Origin: Seison nebaliae
Lineage: Eukaryota
Reading direction: 5' to 3'
DNA: 64,000 bases
NCBI GenBank assembly: GCA_023231475.1
Contig: JALJEE010002868.1
Coordinates: 1-64,000 of the forward strand
Positions 41,993 to 52,249 of the stretch are shown here, piece after piece. The notes under the pieces are model-generated. The model made no database searches. It saw only the letters and a program-made list of their open reading frames with translations, and was not told the origin of the DNA. The position numbers and the translations under genes were made by a program. Each line of letters starts with the position of its first letter. The first letter of the stretch is position 1.

Positions 41993-43255
41993 ATGACTAA
42001 TCATACCACTACTACAAAGAAAATTTCATCTCCCCAAATCTCTTCGATTCTCACCGAAATTCATCAGAACAATTCGCCCAACAATCGACCCAAATCAAAA
42101 TCACTACGAAGAAGTCACAAAGAATCAGCCTCTTATAAACAGTACAGGAAAGTGGAGAGTCTCAAAGAGAATCCGAAGAAATTAACGAAAGACCATCAGG
42201 AACATCTTCATTCGAGTCAAAACAAGTCACCATTATTCTCGGCGAGTGAAACGAGTATATTGACATCCGAATCATCTCAATCATCTCAATCATCTTTTCA
42301 CTCATCTTCACATAATAAAATGATTACAACAACTAACGATCAATCGGATGACTTGATCGTCGATACAGTGAATGAGGGGAAGAAAGTGGAAGAATATCGA
42401 TATGCCGATCCATTAGAATTACACATTGACGAATCGAATTACTTCTCAGACGATTTCAATCCTGCACATATTATTAACTTGAAAACGAAACATATCAATT
42501 TCCATCGTCGTGTTCATGATCTGACGATAGAAGTTGAAGAGACAATTAGGAGAGAGAAATTATCGAAAAAGATGAAGAATGAAATGGAAACTGATTTTTC
42601 ATTCTCCAATCGACGTCCAACTCTTTGTTCGAATTGTAAATATTTTCTTCAAACTTATCGTGTCCGTTCGCCATCTGCTCAAAAGAAGAATTCGTTGGAA
42701 CAGCGAAATTGTTTCATTTGTGAAGCGCGTCGTCGTAAAGTGTTACCATATATCAATCCACCAATTCAGATCAATCGACTAACCAAATCAGATTTCTCGA
42801 AGAATGTTGATAAGAAATTAAATCGACCCATTTCTAGCATGACGACGCGACCACTCACTTCGCCCAACGTCCAAAGGAATTTGACATCCATTCAAATCAG
42901 TCGAACATCTCCACAACGTCATCAACATCGATCGACAATTCAAGAGAAATCGAAACAAATCATTCTACCTTATCGCTCCCTCAACGACAATAAGAACGCA
43001 TCAAATAAGACGGAAGTGAAGATAAAGAATAATCAAATCAATCTCAAGAAATATCCGGAAAGTATCCTCAAGAAAGAGAACAGTTCAATTTCGATGAAGA
43101 GTGAACACAAATCAGTGAACTTCTCGTTGAAACTTCCAAGATCACATCGTCATGAAATGAAATTAATTCCTGCACATAAACGTCGATTATATGAAAGACA
43201 AATTTTCCATATTCCCATCGTCAGTACCACAACGATGACACCACTCTATTTATGA
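41993..43255 (+). CDS. Hypothetical basic Ser/Lys-rich protein (at least 420 aa); probable upstream exons within about 40500-41990
   Basis: 1263 nt ORF with a CxxC..CxxC pair ('CSNC', 'CFIC'). Upstream ORF pieces at 40522 and 41076 are flanked by GTT..AG candidates but were not resolved. Confidence 0.6.
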   Translation: MTNHTTTTKKISSPQISSILTEIHQNNSPNNRPKSKSLRRSHKESASYKQYRKVESLKENPKKLTKDHQEHLHSSQNKSPLFSASETSILTSESSQSSQSSFHSSSHNKMITTTNDQSDDLIVDTVNEGKKVEEYRYADPLELHIDESNYFSDDFNPAHIINLKTKHINFHRRVHDLTIEVEETIRREKLSKKMKNEMETDFSFSNRRPTLCSNCKYFLQTYRVRSPSAQKKNSLEQRNCFICEARRRKVLPYINPPIQINRLTKSDFSKNVDKKLNRPISSMTTRPLTSPNVQRNLTSIQISRTSPQRHQHRSTIQEKSKQIILPYRSLNDNKNASNKTEVKIKNNQINLKKYPESILKKENSSISMKSEHKSVNFSLKLPRSHRHEMKLIPAHKRRLYERQIFHIPIVSTTTMTPLYL

Positions 43256-43302
43256 TGACGTGTCAAATCAAATCTCTTTTTGTTTTATAAAACTATTTTA
43301 AA

Positions 43303-44513
43303 TTAAAAATATTTCTTACGAAAAATGTGTTTGTCCTCTTCACTCATGAACGACGCTGCTAACGCGTCTTCATTTGTCTTCTTTAAAACTTCTTCTGATA
43401 ATTTCATTCCGTTCCTTGATATATCGAAATTGTCGTTGATGTAATCGAGGAAGATTGCCGGATCATCCGAATTGATAGAGAAGGGCACATCATCATGTGC
43501 AAATCTCACACAAGGATGTTTCGTCCAATCGTCGTGAGGCATAATGGCTGATTGTAGATACCAGGAAGACCAGGGACAAGTTTCAAAATGAACTTTACTC
43601 GTTCTAGCTAAATCGTAAATTTTTCCATCGTCCAACACATGATAGCCATGACCGATACGTTCCGCGAACATATCTTCTATAGCTTGTTTGACGTGGAAGG
43701 CTGGTCCTGATTCACCTGCATGAACAGTACGATGAATTCCTAAATCCCGAGCTTTCTTGAATGCATCGATATGTCGTTGATCGATTGGATCGGTCACTGG
43801 TTCACCACCAGCTAAATCCATTCCAACGATCATATTTCTTCCCTGGAATTTTTCAATTAATTCAACAATTTCCATCGACTTCTCTGGTTCATGTTCCATA
43901 CAACATAGAATTAGTTTCACATCGATATCGGAACTTTTCCCTTTTTCAACACCTCGAATAGCTGCCTCGACTACTTGTTCGCCAGTGAAATTATTAGTGG
44001 TGAGAGTAAATGGAGCGAATCGTCCTTCCACATATCTCAGTCCTTTATTCTTCATATCTTTCGTGAATTCTTCGAATATCAATTCAATAGCAACTTCATC
44101 ACCGGAAAATAATGGTGTAATGACTTCGAACACTTTCAAGAAATCGAATAAGTGACCACGTTTTCTGTATATCGTTTCGTTGAAAGGTGGAGGTTCGACA
44201 CCCTTCAATTTCGCCAACTTCTTCACCGTATCGTAACTTATGGCACCGTCAACATGAACGTGCAATTCGATTAATGGCTTCGTCATTTTCGTACCTTTCA
44301 ATTTCAAGACGGTGAATAATGTGGCGATACTGGCGGCTAGTGTCTAGAAAGAAGAAGGAATTATAGATGAGTGAAATATTGATTTAAATCGATGAAATCG
44401 AAATGGTAGGTAATCATTATAGCAATAGATCTAATTGAAGTGAGATGTAGAAAAGAAATGCTTACGACGAAAATGATAAGGGAAATCAATGTTATGCGAC
44501 GAGTTCGCTCCAT
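43303..44513 (-). CDS. ADA: Adenosine deaminase (ADA1 type) with an N-terminal hydrophobic segment
   Basis: Motifs: 'ELHVHVDG', 'YVEGRFAP', 'HRTVHAGE', 'AERIGHGY', 'HFETCPWSS', 'SINSDDP'. Exon 1 (44513-44466) joins in frame across a GTAAG..TAG intron at 44465-44344. Confidence 0.92.
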
Positions 44514-45106
44514 TATTTCTTTAAACTGAATTTAATGTACACTCTCTAAAGGAAAAGACGAGTCTGAAAGATGAATTGTAATTCTTCCTCTTTTAAACCA
44601 AACAAACAATGATAATTGAAAGAGATTGTAAACATTCTTTATTTATATTCTCCTCTCTATATACATACATTAATACATATGGACAATATAGACTGATACA
44701 TCAGATACGTTAGAAATTGCAAGATCGTCGTTGTTGTACGTAGATGAGTACACATCGATTGGACACGATTATTGGAGAGAAAATGTGTTTACTATTTTTT
44801 TCTTTTCGTATCAATTTTATTTGTTCAGAAAATTTTTGTTTTATTTCTCAATTTTTGATAGAGTCAATAAAATTCAACTAATACAAAGATATAAATCAGT
44901 TTTTATGAGACAATCGTTTAACGGAAATCCTTTTTTCGTGGTTGCAAAGATGAAAAGACCAGTTCTTCTAGTCATTCTAACAAAACGATTGAAATGAAGG
45001 ATGGAAGTCTTCGTTCAGGAAGTGAGGGAAGAGATTGGAATTGAGGAAAGGAATGAGAATGTGTTCCGTTCGAAAAGCAAGCTATTAATTAAATTAGGAA
45101 AGGACA

Positions 45107-45856
45107 ATGTCGGGACGGAAGTTGAGGATATTGTGTATTCATGGATATCGACAGAATTCGCGAACTTTCTACCAGAAATTGGGCTCGCTAAGAAAATCGT
45201 CAAAATCTTTGGCTGAATATAGTTTTAATCGGATCATCTCTTCCACTAATCTCTTCCTCTACTAGTCATTCCAACGGCTCCATTGAAAGTTCCGGACAAA
45301 TTGAGTGATGAGGATGACGCGGAATTCGGGTGGTGGTTCTCTCACAAAACTGATGATGGAAGTCATCGATATAATTGTTTAATAGAGACGGAAGCAGCAT
45401 TAGATTATGATATTTCTTTACGATTCATGCAACAGTTCGTATCGGAGAATGGTCCGTTCGATGGAATAGTGGCTTTCAGTCAAGGTGCTTCATTTGCATC
45501 ACTCATCATGAACAATAGTTTGTGTTTGTTCCACAATTAATTCATTCTTCTTGTTAGTTAAGGGACTTAAGTTTGTTATTCTCTTTTCTGGTTTCATAAC
45601 TGGACAGAAGTCTCATCGACCTTCATCGATGGAGAAAACGGAAAACATTGAAACGATCCACGTATACGGGTTGAATGATCAAGTCGTTCCAGTACAGTTG
45701 TCACGTCGTCTAGCTGAATGTTATGAAAGGAAGACGATCGTTGAACACGAGGGCGGACACTTTATTCATTTCCGTGACGAAACTAAATCAACAGTGTTAA
45801 CTCTGTTAAGGAGATATCATTCGATTGTTAATGATGGAATGGGAAAATCTTCTTAA
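45107..45856 (+). CDS. OVCA2: OVCA2/FSH1-family serine hydrolase (esterase)
   Basis: Motifs: '[12 protein letters not shown]', '[13 protein letters not shown]', '[10 protein letters not shown]', 'HEGGHFI'. Introns: 45222-45265, 45518-45557. Confidence 0.9.
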
Positions 45857-45980
45857 TTATTATCCTTCATGAGTCCAATGCGTGATTTGATTAATTAAAA
45901 TAAAACTCTCATAAATTTCATCCAACTCAAACTACAAATGTACATAATATTCATTGTTTATTTAACTTCATGAAACAAGA

Positions 45981-48126
45981 ATGAATATCTCACTTAAACT
46001 ATTACGACATCTGTCGTCGTTCATTCCCACTGTCGTTCTCGTATTAATCCCGATCGTTGCATTACCCATCCTCTTACAAGGTGATGAGGAAGTTCGTTCC
46101 CCTCTTCTTCTTTCCTTATTATTCTCTCTAACCATCTTATGATGACAGTGGAGGAAAGCAATATATATTATGATCGTGGTGGGCAGTTATTGGGTGACGG
46201 AGACACTTCCTCTCACAATCTCTGCATTTCTGCCCGCTATCCTAGTGCCAGCTTTCGGTATCATGACAGGGAAAGAAGTAGCCATCGCTTATATGAACGA
46301 TGTTCTACTTCTTCTATTTGGAGGTATGGCATTCGGTTCCGCTATCGAACGATCAAATCTCCATCAACGAATCGCATTGAAACTTCTCCTAATATTTGGC
46401 GCGTCGTCAATCTCGTTAGTTACCGGTCTAATGATTTCTTCAGCCTTCCTCTCCATGTGGATCAATAATACAGCGACAACTGTCATGTTATTGCCAATTG
46501 GTCGAGAGATCATTTCAAAATTGGAAGAGGTTCGGCTTGCCCACGAGAAAGGTGAAATTAACGAGACATTCGAAATGGAGTTCATCATTTCCTTCTCTAA
46601 CAAATCATTCCATTCAAAATTAGATCTACGATCAATTTGGAGATTGATGAGAAAATCAAAAAATCAGAAGAAATTAAAACGAACGTTCAAACATTGTCAG
46701 AAGAGAATGAAAAACTGATTAAAGGAATGTCGTTGGGAATTGCATATGCGAGTTCGGTGGGTGGATCGATGACACTCATTGGAACTGGTCCCAATACGAT
46801 TCTGAAAGGAATGTTGGACAGGTTCAAAATTTCCTTCATCGAATAATAATGGAAAAATATGTTTTAGAACTTATCCAAAAAACGATTTGAGCTTCTTCAA
46901 ATTTATGATGTTCGCCGTACCAAATGGAATTCTCATTTTTCTCGGTACTTACATTGTCATCATTTGTATGTTCTGTCGATCAGAGTTTCATCTTTTTCCT
47001 CTTTCTCATTATTATACAACTTCCAATTTCATAGTTTAATCATCCTCTTTAAACGAGTGACGAGAAGATCAGAAACGGAAGAAAGTATGAAAGATAAATC
47101 GAATAATATTCGAACAGTTCTCCGACAGAAATATAAAGATTTGGGTAAATTCAAGTTGTAATTGAACATTGAACATTGACTTATTATTCATTTGTAGATG
47201 GGCAGAAATTTGGGTTCTCATTTTCTTCATTTTAGTCATTCTACTCTGGTTATCACGAGATCCTCAATTCTGTCCTGGATGGGGAACATTTTTCACATAT
47301 AACGGTAAATCGTTAACATCTCTCCATTCTCATCAATTCATAAGATAGATTATTAATTCATTTATTATTAGTTATGCAACCGATTCATTACCTATCATTT
47401 TCGTATTGGTCATGATGTTCATCATTCCGAAAGAGAATATTTTCAATAAGCAATATTGGAAAAGTTCGATTTCTCTTCGAAAATTCTTCTCTTCCATCGA
47501 TCATTTTCAGAGAATAATCGAGGAAGTATTTTAACATGGAAATTTGTTGAAAGTAAAGTTCCTTGGGGAATGCTCATATTGATTGGAGGTGGATTCGTAA
47601 TATCAGAAGCTTCGAAAAAAACCGGTCTTACTAAAGTTTTGGCTGACGAATTGAAAGGTTTAGTGAAGTTGGGAGAGAAATCAGCACTCTTCTTATTAAT
47701 CATGACGATTGGTCTACTCACTGAATTGATGTCGAATTCAGCTGTGGCTACACTATCGGCTGATATAATGATGGAAATTGTTGATAATATTTCCTCTTAA
47801 TATTTCTATTTAATCATTCGTTTCAGGCTATCAACGCATCATTGCATCCACTCTATTTTGCTCTACCTTGTATCATTTCTAATTCGATGGCATTTATGTT
47901 TCCGGTAGCTACGCCACCTAACGCAATCGCCTACTCTATGGGAAATATTCGAATGATCGAAATGGTTTTCTTTTCTTCCATTTTTAATTGATTCTCTTAT
48001 GCTTCTCTCTAGATCCGGACTGGTATCCTATTAAATATCTTGGCATATATTTTCATATTCATCTCCGCTATCTCGTTGGGGGAAGCGGTATTCCATCTGT
48101 CTCGATTACCCAAATGGATGAATTGA
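45981..48126 (+). CDS. SLC13/Indy-family Na+-dicarboxylate/sulfate cotransporter, 10 exons
   Basis: Motifs: 'AIERSNLHQRIAL', 'LSMWINNTAT', 'YASSVGGSMTLIGTGPN', 'LWLSRDPQFCPGWG', 'TELMSN', 'AFMFPVATPPNAI'. Introns: 46092-46148, 46580-46623, 46822-46867, 46985-47034, 47155-47197, 47312-47371, 47464-47510, 47780-47826, 47965-48012. Confidence 0.93.
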
Positions 48127-48871
48127 TGTCATCCGAAACAATTCCTAATAAGTTCTATGATAAATGTAATATGTTGTCATTAATACTCTTTTTTTTTTTA
48201 CTGAAATTTTAATTTACGATTCAACATTTTAATCATCATCATTTTGAGAGTGAGAAAAAGAATTATGGTGACTCGGATTTCTCACCAACGAAAGAAAATA
48301 AATTAAATTCGTATTTTCGAGAAATTTGACGGAATGGACATCGTCACTTGACTGTCTAAAAATGTTTTCATTTCTCCCAAAATAATACGGTTAAACAATC
48401 AGATGAAAAAGTGAAATATTTTCTGCTCCATAATTAATTAGAGATAATTACGGAATATTTGCTCGTAATAGGAAAATCTCTTAAGGTAAGGGAAATCCTT
48501 CTAATAATTATGTCACATTGTCATTACCCGAAGAAGGACAATTATGCACGGAATAATATTTTTTCCAAAAATTTTATATTTCCATCTAATTCTTGAAAGG
48601 AAACATGACAAAATCTCGCAAAACAAAACTGAGATATCGCCATCAAAGCAACACGGGAGTTTAATTGTAAAATACGAAAATATTTTCCCTTTAACTAATT
48701 GGATGTGAGTGAGTGAGTGAGTCATCGTCGTCATTATGAGAGAAGCGCTCTTATAATTGGACATGGAGGAGATATCTGCAAAATTCCGTTTTCTTTTCGA
48801 CAATTTTCACGAGTTCGCCTTCTTCCATTCCTTTCCTACTTCTTTCTACGACCAATCCCACAATTTCATTT

Positions 48872-50014
48872 TTATTTTTCTTCTTCTTTCTCCTGACATA
48901 AATCGAGTAAGACATTCTGAACTTTCGTTAACAATTCATCGTCGAAATTCGAATTGGAAGGTGAATCCGGTTCCATCTCGTTCGACTGACATGTCAGCGC
49001 CTTCTCCTCCTCCTCTTCCTCCTCCTCTTCTACCACCACCGTCCCATTCTTCTTTTCCTTTAATTGCTCCATTTCCAATTGTAACTCGTCTACCTTCTTA
49101 CTGAGTCGATCATTATCAATTGTCAATTGCTCGGTGAGTTTTTGTTGTAAGAGGAATTGGTGTTGAACATTTCGAGTGGATTGTTCCGAAATGTTGAGTT
49201 GAGATTCGATTGTCTTCTTCTCTTCGATAAGTTTCTCTTGCGACATTCTCAATTTTTTCATTTGCTCAACCAATCTCGTCAATTCTTCTTCCTGACTCTC
49301 GATTTTGGTAGACATTCGATTACGAACTCCCTCCCATTCACGTTCTATTCTCTCCCATTTGTCTGGCGGATGAGGGAGTTGTTCGACATTCGATATTGTG
49401 CGCTCTTCTTCCACACCAGACTCATGCAAAACAGACGTTGTGTGAAGTAAATGCAATTTCTTATCAGCGAGATGAATTCTCTTTTCTAATGTCTCAATTT
49501 TCCGTTTGATATCAGATTGCCGATTGACTTGGTTGCAGAAGGTTGCCGACAGATAGCGACTAATCTTTTCGTAGGATTTATCGTCGTGATGTTGAATGCG
49601 ACGGAATTTGGTGAGATGTCGTTCCTTCTCCAATGTCTTTCCAATCTCTCCAATTCTTCTTTCATAAGTCGTTTCGATTTGTTCGCGTAACAACCGTTCC
49701 GTCTTGTACTTGTGCAGGTATTCGAAAGCCTTTAACCTCCACAAATTCCATTTTAAGGATTCATTATAGGTCATACGATCCGGTCGATGAATGTTTTCTA
49801 ATGATGATATTATTTCACGCAATTCGTCATTCTCTTCATGTAATCGTCTTGTGTCATCTAATGAATCTGATGGTAGAAGATCATCCAATTTCGTCAACAT
49901 TTCGTCTTTGTCCTCCGTTCGTCCATTCTCCATCAAACGATTATTGTCAATAATAATATCACTTACCAAATTCTCATTTTTCTCCTTTATATCCCGTCTC
50001 TTCCCAAATGACAT
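48872..50014 (-). CDS. Coiled-coil protein, possibly CCHCR1-like
   Basis: Long heptad-rich ORF from the ATG at 50014. 'WRLKAFEYL' and 'LEKRIHLADKKLHLL' resemble conserved CCHCR1 segments as I recall them (WREKVFAL; LNNRLSYAVRKV). The identity is tentative. Confidence 0.6.
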   Translation of the reverse strand: MSFGKRRDIKEKNENLVSDIIIDNNRLMENGRTEDKDEMLTKLDDLLPSDSLDDTRRLHEENDELREIISSLENIHRPDRMTYNESLKWNLWRLKAFEYLHKYKTERLLREQIETTYERRIGEIGKTLEKERHLTKFRRIQHHDDKSYEKISRYLSATFCNQVNRQSDIKRKIETLEKRIHLADKKLHLLHTTSVLHESGVEEERTISNVEQLPHPPDKWERIEREWEGVRNRMSTKIESQEEELTRLVEQMKKLRMSQEKLIEEKKTIESQLNISEQSTRNVQHQFLLQQKLTEQLTIDNDRLSKKVDELQLEMEQLKEKKNGTVVVEEEEEEEEEKALTCQSNEMEPDSPSNSNFDDELLTKVQNVLLDLCQEKEEEK

Positions 50015-50555
50015 TGCGAATGAGCGAGAGAGAGTGTGAGAGAGAGAGAGAAATGGAATAATTCTGATGGAACCAAATCTATCTCGAATGGAATTGAAGG
50101 CTAAGACTTTGTCTGTCAATCAACCGAATTGATAGATTGTTATCAATCAATTTCTCCGTTTTCTACTGTCCACAAGCCCGAATTGCTCAAAGTGGCAAGA
50201 GAACATATTCTTATCCTAATTTTTTATTCATACAATAATTGACTTAAGTCGTCCAATTAATGCTCCTTTCACTAATCAATGCCATCATCTTTCCTCCATT
50301 TTCCTCGAAATTCTGTTGAGCAACACAACGAAACTTCTTCTTTTATTCGATGTCCCCTTCTCCTACGACTTTCTTTCTTCCTATTAACTTAATGGATTTC
50401 TCATAAATACCAGTTAATAATTTAAGTTTTATCGACAATTTCCATCTCATTCATAAACATTACCCAAAACGACTAATAAGGAGTGCGACTCCTTATAAGG
50501 CGACCCATTCCCTCCCAATTCTTATCATTTTAGTTTTATCATTTTACAATAGAAC

Positions 50556-50828
50556 ATGTCTCTTCGTTATCATTCAAATGCGATAAATGTTTTCTTGATC
50601 TGTATTGTGCTTTTCCAAATTACCGAATCATTCAAACTCCGATGGAATTTCCAAGCACCTACAATCAATAAAGACCAAGATGACTCCTACCGATTATACA
50701 AAGTTAATAAATTTCTCATTCTCCTCTTTTTCATCCTCCATCATCAAGTTATCCGTTAGGTCCACTCTAATTTCCATTTACCATTATTTCCCATTTTCCC
50801 ACATCAACAAGTTGCAAACTCACTTTAA
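50556..50828 (+). CDS. Candidate small secreted protein (71 aa, 2 exons)
   Basis: Signal-like 'MSLRYHSNAINVFLICIVLFQITES'. A GTT..TAG intron at 50703-50759 extends the frame to a TAA at 50828. Confidence 0.4.
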
Positions 50829-52249
50829 TGAATATTAGCACTCGAATTCCATATAAACCTCACAATTAACCATTTCAAACTCTTATCTAATACGTAGTCT
50901 CTATTCTAGTTTCGATACAAATATCAAAAACAAAAGCCGCATATTAAGAGAGGAAGCCTGCTTTTAGTTTTTGTTTGAACTTCTATTTATTTAGCCCATT
51001 TTCAAGCTATACTCTAACGCTCTCCAACTAATCCTTGAACATGATGGTAAGTATTTCAAAATTTCCATCATTTATCTCCCAACATTTCAGCATGAACCTT
51101 CTAAGAATTATCCACATTTGGTCCTTCCCCACGAATTATATATCCTCATCCTTAATTTATCTTAACTAGATTATTATTAGGTTTAGCCTATGGGAAAAAT
51201 TCAAATTCTTCTAATTCGAACAAGTTGAAGATATGTGAGGGCGTTAAGTTTCCAAATGAAATCGGTTTAATGACTATTGAAAAATTTCATTACTATTAAT
51301 CCCTAATTAAGAATGTCAGTCTACTAACGATATGTATCGGATTATTAATGAAACGAAATAGATGAAACATGCGATGGTTTTCCTTTCAAACCGACAAGTT
51401 TTCCATTAAAAAAAGTAAGAAAATGTTTCCTCATTTCCCGAAGGAAACAGTTAGTAGTAGTTAACTTCATTTCATTTCCATCGCTATACTTGAACAGTGC
51501 ACAAAATTAATTCAACTTATGATAATGAGGGAAATGTCGTGACAATGTTAAAGGAAATTACTAACAATTATAAAAATAAAAATATTCTTTTTGCCCTCCA
51601 ATATTTTCACTTCGTTTATTGAATTTGTTAGTGGAATTGTTCGTGGAAAAATTTATTTATTTGATGCGGAACAAAAGTAGTTTCAGATAAATTTCTCATT
51701 AAAATTCAATTTAATAAAATTAAGTTTTAAGTTTTTTTATTGAGATTTTTTCAAATCATTTAAATTTTCTGTTTCCTTGGGAGGAGAAGTAGAAAAACCA
51801 TTTCTTAATTCTATTTTTCTAGAGAATTGAAAGCAAAAAATTTGTGTATTACCAAATATTGAACAATCTCCTTTCGGATCTCAGTTCAAGAAGATCATTA
51901 TTTGTGGCGAATCATTTGAAGAGATTAAGAAATCGTTTGAGTAAATCGAGGACCGCCGTTCGAAGTTCCGTCGATTTACCCACAAATCCAACATCATATT
52001 ATCGACGTTTTTAACATGACTAATTTCAAGCAACGCAAAATTGAAGAGAAGAATAATTCTGGAAAAAAAAATAATTAAAAAAATTTTGGATTGAATCTCA
52101 ATCTCCTGATTTATACTCCTACTACTACTATGTTTTACTTCTAATTTATCTTTTATCGAGAAAAAAAAATTATGAAAATTATTCCATTTCTCTTTTTCCA
52201 TTATCAGTCTGAATTGACAGAGAATGAAGTTTTGAATTAATAAAGAATT

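Noticed and set aside
45001..45216. 71 aa ORF 'MEVFVQEV..' from the ORF track
   Set aside because: It overlaps the true OVCA2 exon 1 (ATG at 45107, '[12 protein letters not shown]') in another frame.
16701..48126. Fragmented ORFs suggesting pseudogenes, programmed frameshifts or stop-codon reassignment
   Set aside because: Every break in STK33, calbindin, OVCA2 and SLC13 is resolved by a short GT..AG intron under the standard code.
50925..50980. Imperfect hairpin, and another at about 57220-57270
   Set aside because: The stems are short, A/T-rich and mismatched, which is not enough to call a miRNA or MITE.
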